DNA from: Candidatus Sumerlaeia bacterium
GTDB lineage: Bacteria; Sumerlaeota; Sumerlaeia; MVZB01
Direction: 5' to 3'
DNA: 64,000 bases
Assembly (NCBI GenBank): GCA_039683515.1
Contig: JBDKRG010000059.1
Span: 105,003-169,002 of the forward strand
In this document: piece by piece, positions 18,230-26,452 of the stretch
Layout of the letters: every line of letters starts with the position of its first letter
Position numbering within the stretch: position 1 is the stretch's first letter
The notes under the pieces: model-generated
The model's database searches: none
Told to the model about the DNA's origin: nothing
The model's input: only the letters and a program-made list of their open reading frames with translations
Position numbers and translations under genes: made by a program

Positions 18230-18706
18230 ATGAGCCTACAAGAAGAACTCAATTTCCCCAATCCGGTGCTGAATCCCCGGCATGAGACGATGATCAGCCT
18301 GGTGCTGACCGGCGCTCTCCTGACCAAGGAGGGCGACCGGCTCCTGAACCCATACGGCCTGACCGACAGCCAATTCAACGTCCTGATGCTCCTGCGCTAC
18401 CAGACCGAGGACGGGCAGCTGAACCAGACGCAGCTGGGGCGCATGCTCCTCGTCAACCGCTCCAACGTGACCGGCCTGATCGACCGGATGGAAAAGGCGG
18501 GCTGGGTGCAGCGCATCTCCAAGTCGGGCGATCGCCGGGTCAACCAGATCAAGCTGACCAATGCCGGCCGGCGGCTGGTGGAAAAAGCGGAAAAGGCGTA
18601 TTTTGCGCGGATCGAGCAGGTTTTGGCCCCCATCAGCGAGAGCGAGCAGATCGCCCTCAAGGACATGCTGAGCCGCATCCGGCAATCGATCCACGTCGAG
18701 CCGTAA
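18230..18706 (+). CDS. MarR-family transcriptional regulator
   Basis: 'LTDSQFNVLMLL...QTQLGRMLLVNRSNVTGLIDRMEKAGWVQRISKSGDRRVNQIKLTNAGRRL' is a winged-helix MarR core. Confidence 0.88.
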   Translation: MSLQEELNFPNPVLNPRHETMISLVLTGALLTKEGDRLLNPYGLTDSQFNVLMLLRYQTEDGQLNQTQLGRMLLVNRSNVTGLIDRMEKAGWVQRISKSGDRRVNQIKLTNAGRRLVEKAEKAYFARIEQVLAPISESEQIALKDMLSRIRQSIHVEP

Positions 18707-18741
18707 GCCGCGTTTGGATTCGGTGCCATGGACAAGATCCG

Positions 18742-18776
18742 GCCCGCCGCGGGTTGACCCTTGCGGCGGGCTTTTT
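18742..18776 (+). terminator. rho-independent terminator after marR-like gene
   Basis: GCCCGCCGC ... GCGGCGGGC stem followed by TTTTT. Confidence 0.75.
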
Positions 18777-18782
18777 CGTCGT

Positions 18783-18819
18783 CAAAAAGAATGACCCCGG
18801 ACTGGGCCGGTCCGGGGTC
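18783..18819 (-). terminator. rho-independent terminator after pilin-like gene (minus strand)
   Basis: GACCCCGGA ... TCCGGGGTC stem. On the minus strand it is followed by ATTCTTTTT. Confidence 0.7.
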
Positions 18820-18873
18820 GCGTTGCGATGGGAAGGAGGGAAGGAGAGAGAGGGAATCCTTAAAGCCGCCCTT

Positions 18874-19263
18874 TTATTGCTGATTGTGGTCCAGCGGCGA
18901 GACCACGGAACATTCGGCGGCGATTGAAATCGAGTTGATCGTGTATTCGCCGCCGCCGGGGCAGACGGGCTGCTTGTTCAGGTAACCGGTGCCGTCGGCG
19001 CTGACCAGATCGGTCCACTGCGGAACGGCATCGACGTCCTGCTTGTATTCGAGGGCCCACTGTTCCTTGGCGCCATCGATCTTGGTAAGGTTCTCCTGGC
19101 ATACGCGCTGCTGCGACAGGAGTCGCTGCTTCATCCAGGTCGGGGCCGCAATCGCTATGATGATCCCCAGAATCGCCACGACAATCATGATCTCCACGAG
19201 CGTGAAGCCGCGAGAGCCGCGTGCGATCCGTGCTGCGTGATTAACCGGCCTCATGGAATTCAT
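18874..19263 (-). CDS. prepilin-type N-terminal cleavage/methylation domain protein (type IV pilin / pseudopilin-like), paralog A
   Basis: 'RGFTLVEIMIVVAILGIIIAIAAP' then 'CQENLTKIDGAKEQWALE...PVCPGGGEYTI'. Confidence 0.88.
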   Translation of the reverse strand: MNSMRPVNHAARIARGSRGFTLVEIMIVVAILGIIIAIAAPTWMKQRLLSQQRVCQENLTKIDGAKEQWALEYKQDVDAVPQWTDLVSADGTGYLNKQPVCPGGGEYTINSISIAAECSVVSPLDHNQQ

Positions 19264-19282
19264 ATCCGGTCATCCTTGACGG
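19264..19282 (-). promoter_or_regulatory. candidate CsrA-binding site overlapping the SD of pilin paralog A
   Basis: mRNA sense is CGUCAAGGAUGACCGGAU-AUG. The core CAAGGAUG equals the CARGGAUG core of the SELEX consensus RUACARGGAUGU. A second GGA lies 9 nt downstream. Confidence 0.4.
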
Positions 19283-19378
19283 AATTTGGAACCGAGAGGT
19301 CAAAAAGAAGGGCGATAGTCGATTGTGACGATCTACCGCCCTTTTTGTTACCCTAACATCTTGCCACACGCGCGCCGA

Positions 19379-19741
19379 TTACAGGTCGGCCAGGCTGTGC
19401 GGGCTGCCAAGGCTGCAGCTCGGATCGGTGCTGACGCTGCCGATCGTGTAGGTGCCGCCACCGGGGCAGGCCGGCTCTTTCTTCATGTAGCCGGAGCCGT
19501 CCGTCTGGACCAGGTCGGTCCACGCCGGGCTGTCGGAAGCGCCCTTGTTGTTCTCGAGCGCCCACTGTTCCTTCGCGCCGTCGATCTTGGACAGGTTTTC
19601 CTGGCAGGCGCGAGCACGCGACTGGGTACGGGCCTGGACGAAGCCGGGGACCGCGATCGCGATCAGGATGCCGATGATCGCCACAACGATCATGATCTCA
19701 ACAAGCGTGAAAGCCTTCCGTGTCTTTGAGAAAAGCTTCAT
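19379..19741 (-). CDS. prepilin-type N-terminal cleavage/methylation domain protein, paralog B
   Basis: 'KAFTLVEIMIVVAIIGILIAIAVPGF' then 'CQENLSKIDGAKEQWALE...PACPGGGTYTI'. Confidence 0.9.
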   Translation of the reverse strand: MKLFSKTRKAFTLVEIMIVVAIIGILIAIAVPGFVQARTQSRARACQENLSKIDGAKEQWALENNKGASDSPAWTDLVQTDGSGYMKKEPACPGGGTYTIGSVSTDPSCSLGSPHSLADL

Positions 19742-19923
19742 TGATCCACCTCCGTGTATTGATCCGAGTCCCTTGGGGGATTCTCGTTGTTCCCTTCGCC
19801 GATCTGATTCAGCAAAGCTAATGCCAATTCTCGGTTCGATTTTCTATTAGCTTTGATTTCCCTCCTTTTCGGCCAGATATCCAATGTTTTCAGCGTCTTG
19901 TCGGATGTCGTCGATTTTTTCAT
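19738..19923 (-). CDS. candidate 61-aa small protein, translationally coupled to pilin paralog B
   Basis: 'MKKSTTSDKTLKTLDIWPKRREIKANRKSNRELALALLNQIGEGNNENPPRDSDQYTEVDQ'. Its TGA overlaps the pilin ATG as ATGA (19738-19741). There is no clear SD, and the longer 106-aa version is unlikely. Confidence 0.35.
   Translation of the reverse strand: MKKSTTSDKTLKTLDIWPKRREIKANRKSNRELALALLNQIGEGNNENPPRDSDQYTEVDQ
19748..19770 (-). promoter_or_regulatory. candidate CsrA-binding site(s) in leader of pilin paralog B
   Basis: mRNA sense is CUCGGAUCAAUACACGGAGGUGGAUCA-AUG. AUACACGGAGGU matches RUACARGGAUGU at 10 of 12 positions and covers the SD. A second GGA lies 12 nt upstream. Confidence 0.4.
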
Positions 19924-20095
19924 CGGCCGCCGGGGCCGCCGCCGCGGCCGTCCCGCCGGCCTCGGCCTGGGTAATGGGCAGGACATTACCCATTCGCGCG
20001 TGTAACCCCTTACCCGTCGGTGGCCAAAAAAAGAGCCCTTGTTACCGGGGTACAGCAATCAAGGACTCGGGAACCGGCGCGCGGCGGCCGGACGG

Positions 20096-20587
20096 TTACG
20101 AGGCCGCGCGTTCCATTTCCACGAACTCGCACTCTTCATCCGTCTTGCCGCCGCCCAGCGTCGTGAACACGGGCGAGTTGATCTGGTAGCAGTTGGTGCT
20201 CAGCACCACCTGGCGGCCGCGCCGCGTCTCGACGTTGACGACCAGCGGGGCCTTGAGGTTCGCGGTCATCATCAGCGGGGCGTTGTGCGGGATCGTGGCG
20301 ATCGCCATCAGGGCGCAGCAGTTGGGCAGGTCGGTGCCGATGATGCGCTCGGTGTCGACGTCGATCTCGAACCGGTAGTCGGAGACGATCTGGTACGGAT
20401 CGAGCACGATGAACGCGAGGTCGGCGTTGTCCAGCGACTGAAGCCACTTGAACGGGCTGCCGTTGGCGTCATGCTCGAGCAGGATGTAACGCTTGTTGTC
20501 GGGAAAGCCGAGCACGCCTTCAGGGAAGCTCATGACGACTTCGTCGGTGAATTCGATCTCGCCAAAACGTGTGGTCCTGAATTTCAT
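20096..20587 (-). CDS. fliW: flagellar assembly factor FliW
   Basis: 'MKFRTTRFGEIEFTDEVVMSFPEGVLGFPDNKRYILLE...FKWLQSLDNADLAFIVLDP...NLKAPLVVN' is typical FliW. An alternative TTG start at 20626 would overlap the csrA stop. Confidence 0.9.
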   Translation of the reverse strand: MKFRTTRFGEIEFTDEVVMSFPEGVLGFPDNKRYILLEHDANGSPFKWLQSLDNADLAFIVLDPYQIVSDYRFEIDVDTERIIGTDLPNCCALMAIATIPHNAPLMMTANLKAPLVVNVETRRGRQVVLSTNCYQINSPVFTTLGGGKTDEECEFVEMERAAS

Positions 20588-20622
20588 TGCTGCCGTTTCC
20601 TTTGCTGACTGAAATCCGCGCT

Positions 20623-20883
20623 TCAAACCAGGGGCCGCCCCCCCCCGTCACCCTTGTGCTGTTGCCAGATCGAGGTGAGCGCGTCGACCGTTGAGGGACT
20701 GGACTGGGCCGCCATTTCGTTTTCCTGCCGGATCAGCGAGTAAATCTCGTCGCGGTGGACCATGATGTTCTTGGGCGCATCCACGCCCAGCCGAACCTGG
20801 TTGCCGCGAATCTCGATCACCTTGATCGTGATCGAATCGCCAATCCGGATCCCCTCGCCGGACTTCCGTGTCAAAATCAGCAT
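20623..20883 (-). CDS. csrA: carbon storage regulator CsrA
   Basis: '[48 protein letters not shown]' is canonical CsrA, with a ~35-aa C-terminal extension as in FliW-partnered CsrA. Confidence 0.95.
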   Translation of the reverse strand: MLILTRKSGEGIRIGDSITIKVIEIRGNQVRLGVDAPKNIMVHRDEIYSLIRQENEMAAQSSPSTVDALTSIWQQHKGDGGGRPLV

Positions 20884-20989
20884 CGGTTAACTTCCTTGTT
20901 CTACGTTCCTTGTGGGGACACCGAATCTGTTAATCTCTACGGTATGAACCGCTCAAATCTTTAGCCGCGGGATAACTTTTCTGTTTCGT

Positions 20990-21865
20990 TTACGGCTGCA
21001 GCGCGGCGCGGGCTTCCTTGCGGTCGCGCAGCAGGTGGCGCTGCACCTTGAACAGGTGATGGATCAGGCGCTCGCGGTCGGCCTCGTGGATGTGGGTGAA
21101 CCGCACGCCGATGTCGTAGCGCTCCGGCCCGCTCTCCCCCGGCTGCTGGACGCGCGCGCAGCGGACGACCGCCCCCATGCACTCGATGTGGATCGCGGGG
21201 GTGGCGCGCAGCTTCATTTCGATCCGGATGTAATCGCCCGCCGTCAGCGGCTGCGCCGCGATGAACCCGACGCCCAGGCTCGAGCAGTCGACGACCATGA
21301 CCGGCCGGACCATCCCGTGCATGGCGGCCACGGGGAGTTCGCCGCGCACGGCGGCCGCCAGGTCCTCGACCTTGCCGGCCAGATCCTGCACGAGCTCCTT
21401 GAGGGAGGCGATTTCCGCGCGCATCTCCTCGAGCGGGTCTTCCTCGGCCTTCAGAAGCTTGTTGGCTTCGCTGCCGGGCTCGTCGGCCATGTTGACGCGC
21501 GACATGACAAGATCGGCGATCTGGCTGACGTCGGCGGCCGGTACGGCCTCGTACCGCAGGTCGACATCGATCCGCCAGCGCGGCGCCTCTCGCCTCTCCT
21601 GAATGATCAACTGGCCCACCAGCTCACTGCCGGTATGGCTGCGCACGAGGAACTGACAGCTGCGCTGCACACTGTCCTTTTCCCACGCGAGCATGTACAT
21701 TTTCTCGATTCGTTGCGGGATCCGGCCGCTCTGGCCTCGATCGAGCTCGACGATCAGGGTCTCGCTGTCGCTGATCTTGACGGAGCCCTTGAAGCGCTCG
21801 CCATTGGTCAACGACAGCGTCGGGATGCTGATCTGTTGGCCGCGGCCAATTTCAACGATCGCCAT
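20990..21865 (-). CDS. PilZ-motif protein (YcgR-like layout) with internal coiled-coil insertion
   Basis: 'RREAPR' (RRxxxR) and 'DCSSLG' (DxSxxG) are both present but about 95 aa apart, separated by 'LEEMRAEIASLKELVQDLAGKVEDLAAAV'. Confidence 0.55.
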   Translation of the reverse strand: MAIVEIGRGQQISIPTLSLTNGERFKGSVKISDSETLIVELDRGQSGRIPQRIEKMYMLAWEKDSVQRSCQFLVRSHTGSELVGQLIIQERREAPRWRIDVDLRYEAVPAADVSQIADLVMSRVNMADEPGSEANKLLKAEEDPLEEMRAEIASLKELVQDLAGKVEDLAAAVRGELPVAAMHGMVRPVMVVDCSSLGVGFIAAQPLTAGDYIRIEMKLRATPAIHIECMGAVVRCARVQQPGESGPERYDIGVRFTHIHEADRERLIHHLFKVQRHLLRDRKEARAALQP

Positions 21866-21990
21866 TCATCCTCACCTCGCCGTATATGGAACGGCTCAGC
21901 CGCATTTACCGGCTCCTTCATCCTATCGGCCGATGGGCGGGAACGAATTAGGGATGATGGGACAATTGGGATGGAAATTTTACCGGGGTC

Positions 21991-22027
21991 CACGGACGGG
22001 CACGGACATACACGGACGAGGCACGGG
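21991..22027 (+). repeat. decamer-period repeat CACGGACNNN (reverse complement of the GTCCGTG family)
   Basis: cacggacggg cacggacata cacggacgag gcacgggg. Confidence 0.9.
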
Positions 22028-22091
22028 GTAAACCAAGCGGGATGGCGGGGTGGACGGCCCGATGGGGGGCTTGGGCCGCCACGACAGCCAG

Positions 22092-22577
22092 CTAGTCGTC
22101 TCCGCGGCGGCCGCGGCGCATGGCGCGGTCCATCTCGCGCGCGGTGTCGCGTTCCTTGATCGACTCGCGCTTGTCGAACGCCTTCTTGCCGCGGGCCACG
22201 CCGACCAGGACCTTGACCCGGCCGCGCTTGAAATAGACCTCGAGCGGGACGAGCGTATAGCCCTTTTGCTGGATCGCGGTCTCCAGCTTGTTGATCTCCT
22301 TGCGGTGCATCAGCAGGCGGCGGGTGCGGACGGGATCGGCGTTGAAGCGGTTGGCCTGCTCGTAGGGCGGGATGTGGAACTGCATGATCCAGGCCTCGCC
22401 CCCCTTGATCTGCGCGAACGACTCCTGGACGCTGCCGTGGCCGAGGCGCAAGCTCTTGACCTCGGTCCCCTTGAGCTCCAGGCCCGCCTCGACGGCGTCT
22501 TCAATAAAGTATTCGTGCCGCGCCTTGCGGTTCTGGCAGATCAGTTTTTCGCGATCGGGGTGTTTGTCTTTGGCCAT
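22092..22577 (-). CDS. smpB: SsrA-binding protein SmpB
   Basis: 'NRKARHEYFIEDAVEAGLELKGTEVKSLR...LLMHRKEINKL...GYTLVPLEVYFKRGRVKVLVGVARGKKAFDKRE'. Confidence 0.96.
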   Translation of the reverse strand: MAKDKHPDREKLICQNRKARHEYFIEDAVEAGLELKGTEVKSLRLGHGSVQESFAQIKGGEAWIMQFHIPPYEQANRFNADPVRTRRLLMHRKEINKLETAIQQKGYTLVPLEVYFKRGRVKVLVGVARGKKAFDKRESIKERDTAREMDRAMRRGRRGDD

Positions 22578-22604
22578 TTTCTCTACATTATTGGATGAGA
22601 ATGA

Positions 22605-22675
22605 TTCGTGCTCGTGCGTCGAGCTCGTGCTCGTGCTCGTGCTCGTAATCGTAATCGTAATCGAAAATCGATCGA
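22605..22675 (+). repeat. hexamer composite repeat (CGTGCT)n(CGTAAT)n, copy 2
   Basis: ttcgtgctcgtgcgtcgagctcgtgctcgtgctcgtgctcgtaatcgtaatcgtaatcgaaaatcgatcg. It begins 28 nt upstream of the smpB start codon, on the opposite strand. Confidence 0.92.
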
Positions 22676-22700
22676 ACCGAAAAACGGTTCTGATATCGCA

Positions 22701-23501
22701 TTATCCCTCCAGCCCGACGAGGAAATCATACAGCAACTCGTTGAACCGCTCGGGGTTTTCGAGGTTGCACATGTGGGCGGCCTGCGGGATGACGTGGAAT
22801 TCGGAGCCGGCGATCCCGGCCTGGATCTCGCGCCCGATCGAGACCGGCGTCAGCGCGTCTTCCTCGCCGTAGAGGATCAGCGTCGGGACGGCGACACTGG
22901 CGAGGCCCGGGGTCAAATCCGGCCGCGTGGCCAACGCCCGGATGGCGCCGATCACGCCGATCGGCTGGTGTCCCTCGATGATCGCCAACTGGTGGTCGAT
23001 GATCTGCGGGGCCTTGACGAACGTCTGCGGCGAGAACAGCCGCTTCAGGAAATCCTCGGCGAACGGGCGCACGCCGCGGTGCTTGACGATCTCGATCCAG
23101 CGCTGGCGCATCTCGAGCGCCTGCTCGTCGTCGGCGTTGGCCCGGGTCGAGAACAGCATCATCGCCCGCACGCGCTCCGGCGCCCGCTCGCAGAGGCGCA
23201 TGCTGACGTAGCCGCCCATCGACAGGCCGCCGACGGCGGCGCGCTCGATGCCGAGCCCGTCCATGATGCGCAGCACGTCGTCGACGTAGTCGTCGAGCTT
23301 CCATTCGCCGGTGCCGGGTTCGCTGCGGCCGAGGCCGCGCACGTCGAACGTGACGACGCGCCAGCGCTCGTTGAGCACCTCGACCTGCGGCAGCCACATC
23401 TCGTGCGTGAACGGGAAGGCGTGCGCCAGGATGACGGCCTCGCCGTCGCGCACGCCGGAATCGGTGTAGAAAACCTTCGGATCGGCCAGGAATTTCTGCA
23501 T
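22701..23501 (-). CDS. alpha/beta-fold hydrolase
   Basis: 'ILAHAFP', nucleophile elbow 'GLSMGGYV', and C-terminal 'AAHMCNLENPERFN'. Confidence 0.85.
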   Translation of the reverse strand: MQKFLADPKVFYTDSGVRDGEAVILAHAFPFTHEMWLPQVEVLNERWRVVTFDVRGLGRSEPGTGEWKLDDYVDDVLRIMDGLGIERAAVGGLSMGGYVSMRLCERAPERVRAMMLFSTRANADDEQALEMRQRWIEIVKHRGVRPFAEDFLKRLFSPQTFVKAPQIIDHQLAIIEGHQPIGVIGAIRALATRPDLTPGLASVAVPTLILYGEEDALTPVSIGREIQAGIAGSEFHVIPQAAHMCNLENPERFNELLYDFLVGLEG

Positions 23502-23532
23502 GGGTGGGCTCCTTGATGGATTGGGGGCATAA

Positions 23533-23570
23533 ACCCCATGGGTCCCATGGGACCCATGAGACGCATGCGT
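23533..23570 (+). repeat. nonamer-period repeat (GGKNCCCATG-type)
   Basis: aaccccatg ggtcccatg ggacccatg agacgcatg. Confidence 0.85.
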
Positions 23571-23611
23571 CGTTACCGCAAAGCGATCTTCACCAAGCCA
23601 CCATTCATTTA

Positions 23612-24313
23612 TCAGTCTTCGTCCGTGCCGGGGTCAAGAACTCGTTGCGCCCGGCGGTCGAGCGAATCGAGCAGCTTGCCGAGCTGCGCCGCGTGCTCGT
23701 GATCGTCGCCGGGCCACTGCCGCGGGTCGATCGGCGGGCCGACGCAGGCGATCATTTTCGCAAACGGCATGGGCAGCCGGGTTCGATCCCATGATTTAAA
23801 AACGATTTGGTTCGAATACGCAAACCCGATCGGCACGATGAGGGCGTCGGCCTTGCGCGCCAGGAGCGCGACGCCGGGCTTGGCCTCGTGCCGCGGCCCG
23901 CGCGGGCCGTCGGGCGCGATCGCCGCTGTGGCCCCGGGCTTGCCGCCCAGATAATGCGCCAGCTCGACGAGCCCCGCGACCGCCCCGCGCGACGAGCTCG
24001 CCCGGACCGGGACCATCCCGAGCCGGCCGATCACCGACGCCAGCTTGTCGCCGTCGCGCGAGCGGCTGATCATGACCGCCACCTCGCCGTGGCCGATCCG
24101 GTTGCGGAAGATCGCGATGCCGGCGAGGTTCTCGTGCCAGAACGCGGCGATGAGCGGCCGGCCCGAATCGAGCGCGCGCCGCACATGCTCGGGCCTGGGG
24201 ATCCGCATCCGCAGCGACCGCCCCAGCAGCCGCAGCAACACCGCGACGACCGGCCCGGCGAACTTTTCCGCGAGCCAATCCAAAGCCTTGCGCGTGATCC
24301 GCTTCTTCTTCAT
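23612..24313 (-). CDS. DUF374-type lysophospholipid acyltransferase-family protein
   Basis: The start at 'MKKKRITRK' overlaps the upstream stop as ATGA. 'AAFWHENL...ISRSRDGDKLASVIGRLGMVPVRASSSRG...APDGPRGPRH' matches my recollection of DUF374 proteins found next to Kdo/lipid A genes. Confidence 0.65.
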   Translation of the reverse strand: MKKKRITRKALDWLAEKFAGPVVAVLLRLLGRSLRMRIPRPEHVRRALDSGRPLIAAFWHENLAGIAIFRNRIGHGEVAVMISRSRDGDKLASVIGRLGMVPVRASSSRGAVAGLVELAHYLGGKPGATAAIAPDGPRGPRHEAKPGVALLARKADALIVPIGFAYSNQIVFKSWDRTRLPMPFAKMIACVGPPIDPRQWPGDDHEHAAQLGKLLDSLDRRAQRVLDPGTDED

Positions 24314-25260
24314 TGTGCCGGCACCAGGTTGAATTCCACCATGCGGTGATCCGAAAGCCACGTGCTGATCAGCCGGCAATAGCCGCACTTCAGCGCCCGG
24401 CCGACCCACACCTGGTCGATGGCGATCACCGGCAGCGGGATGGGCCACGAGGCGAAGCACCCCTGCCCCGCCTGCTCGAAACCATGATTCATCTTTTCGC
24501 GCCAACTGTCGAAAAATACCGAATCGGCGGGGGTGTTGAAATCCCCCACGACGACGAGCGGCGCGTCCGGCCACGCCGTGGAAAACTCGTACAGCTGCCC
24601 GAGCGGCACGCCTCGCGACTGCAGCGGATTGCTCATCACGTCGGCCACCGCAAGCCGGAACGTCAGCCCCGCCGTCTCGATCCGAACCGTCAGGCATCGC
24701 GCGTTGTCGAATCGCTTGTATTGCTCGCCGCTGATCGTTCCGCGCGCGATCACGATCAACCCGCCGTGACAGTTGGAGACGCAATAGCCGGGAAACTGGC
24801 GCGCCCAGAAGCCGGTGTTGTCGACCCGCGCCGCCTCGGCGAACGCGATCACGTCGGGGTCCTCGCGGCGGATCCGCGCCACGATCGCATCGACGCCCAT
24901 CGCCCCCCGCGCGATATTCCAGAACACGATCCGCGGCCCGGCCGCCGGCGTCGCGGCGTTCGCATAAAAAACCCCGTGGTGCCACCACGCCAGGAGCGCC
25001 GCCGCCCCGATCGCGCACGGCGCGGCCAGCCGCCACTTCCTGCGGAGCCCCCACGACGCGCCGGCCACGATCACAAGCGCGGCCTGCACGACGGCCGGCA
25101 ACGCATAATAGAAAACCGAGACGACGGGCACGCGGTCGCGCACCGTCAGCCTGACGAGCAATCCCAATGCGGCAAGACCGAGAAAAGCGATCGGCAATCC
25201 TCGGAGCGCGCGGCGCGCCCAGGACCGGATGCGCGCGCGGCCGTCCGGGCCGCCGCTCAT
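24310..25260 (-). CDS. membrane-anchored endonuclease/exonuclease/phosphatase (EEP) family hydrolase
   Basis: Three N-terminal TM helices, then 'IVFWNIARG', 'DVIAFAEA', 'VVVGDFNTP' and a C-terminal 'LSDHRMV' (EEP catalytic motifs). ATGA overlaps at both ends. Confidence 0.8.
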   Translation of the reverse strand: MSGGPDGRARIRSWARRALRGLPIAFLGLAALGLLVRLTVRDRVPVVSVFYYALPAVVQAALVIVAGASWGLRRKWRLAAPCAIGAAALLAWWHHGVFYANAATPAAGPRIVFWNIARGAMGVDAIVARIRREDPDVIAFAEAARVDNTGFWARQFPGYCVSNCHGGLIVIARGTISGEQYKRFDNARCLTVRIETAGLTFRLAVADVMSNPLQSRGVPLGQLYEFSTAWPDAPLVVVGDFNTPADSVFFDSWREKMNHGFEQAGQGCFASWPIPLPVIAIDQVWVGRALKCGYCRLISTWLSDHRMVEFNLVPAQ

Positions 25261-26450
25261 CCATCCACCTCGGCGGCGTTGACCAGGTCGATCACGTGGC
25301 GCGCCACGCGCTCGCTCGCGCCGCGGCCGCCCATCTTTTCCTTAACCATCGCGAGCTGGTATTTCACCCGCTCGACCTCGCGCGGATCGGTCAGGATCGC
25401 CAGCGCCGAATCGGCCACGTTCTGCGGCGTGCACTGCTCCTGGATCAGCTCGGGGGCGATCATGTCGCCCGCGACGATATTGATCAGGCCGATGTACGGG
25501 ATCTTCACCAGGCTCTTGCCGATCAGCCAGGAGAGGTACGCCACCTTGTAGACGATGATCATCGGCGTGCCGAGCAGGCCCGTCTCCAGGGTCGCCGTCC
25601 CGGAGGCCACGATCGCCATGTCCATCGCCGCGCGCACGTTGTAGCGATACGACTCGACGACCTTGACCGGCACCTGGGCGAGCGTCAGCAGGTGCTCGAC
25701 GATCTCGCGCCGCACGGTCGTCGCGCGCGGGATCACGAACTGGACGTCGGGGCACTTGGCGTAAATTTTCTCGGCCGCCTCGAGCATCGTCGGCAGCAAC
25801 GACTCGACCTCGCGCCGGCGGCTGCCCGGGAGCAGGCCGACGAGGCGCTTGTTCGGGTCGAGGCCGAAATGCTCGAACACCTGCTCGCGGTTCATCGTGA
25901 TCGTCATCAGGTCGAGCCACGGCGTCCCGACGAACTCCGCGTCGACGCCGTGGCGTTTCATGAATCCCTCTTCGAACGGCAGGATCACGAGCGCCTTGTC
26001 GACGTATTTGCGGATCCGTTTGATGCGCCCCTGGTGCCACGCCCACACCTGCGGGCAGACGTAATAGACGACCTTGATGCCGAGGTCGTGGGCTTCCTTG
26101 GCCATGCCGCTGATCAGGAACGTCCCGAGGTTGAACCCCGGGTAGTCTATCAGCACCACGACCGCCGGCCGGTGCTCGCGCAGGTATTTGACCGCTTCGT
26201 CGAAGACGCGCTTGACCTTGGGGTATTTCGTGACCGCCTCGGCAAAGCCGATGATCGCCAGCTCCTTGACCATGTTGTGGAGGATCGTCGCGCCGGCGGC
26301 TTCCATCCGCTCGCCGCCGAGGCCGGAAATCTTCAGCGTCGGGTCGAGCTTCAAAAGCTGCTCGATCAGCAGCGACGCGATCAGGTCGCCCGACAGCTCG
26401 CCGGCGCTGATGAAGATCTCGCGTCCGTTCTGGGCGCTGGCTTCAGCCAT
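25257..26450 (-). CDS. lpxB: lipid-A-disaccharide synthase
   Basis: 'IFISAGELSGDLI', 'DYPGFNL', 'YYVCPQVWAWHQGRIKRIRKYVD', 'LLPGSRRREV', 'ASGTATLE'. Confidence 0.93.
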   Translation of the reverse strand: MAEASAQNGREIFISAGELSGDLIASLLIEQLLKLDPTLKISGLGGERMEAAGATILHNMVKELAIIGFAEAVTKYPKVKRVFDEAVKYLREHRPAVVVLIDYPGFNLGTFLISGMAKEAHDLGIKVVYYVCPQVWAWHQGRIKRIRKYVDKALVILPFEEGFMKRHGVDAEFVGTPWLDLMTITMNREQVFEHFGLDPNKRLVGLLPGSRRREVESLLPTMLEAAEKIYAKCPDVQFVIPRATTVRREIVEHLLTLAQVPVKVVESYRYNVRAAMDMAIVASGTATLETGLLGTPMIIVYKVAYLSWLIGKSLVKIPYIGLINIVAGDMIAPELIQEQCTPQNVADSALAILTDPREVERVKYQLAMVKEKMGGRGASERVARHVIDLVNAAEVDG

Positions 26451-26452
26451 GC

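Noticed and set aside
23612-25264. A 550-aa ORF spanning the DUF374 and EEP genes.
   Set aside because: Only the last 233 aa (from MKKKRITRK) look like a real protein. The upstream part is a shadow of the EEP gene, which is in another frame and coupled by ATGA.
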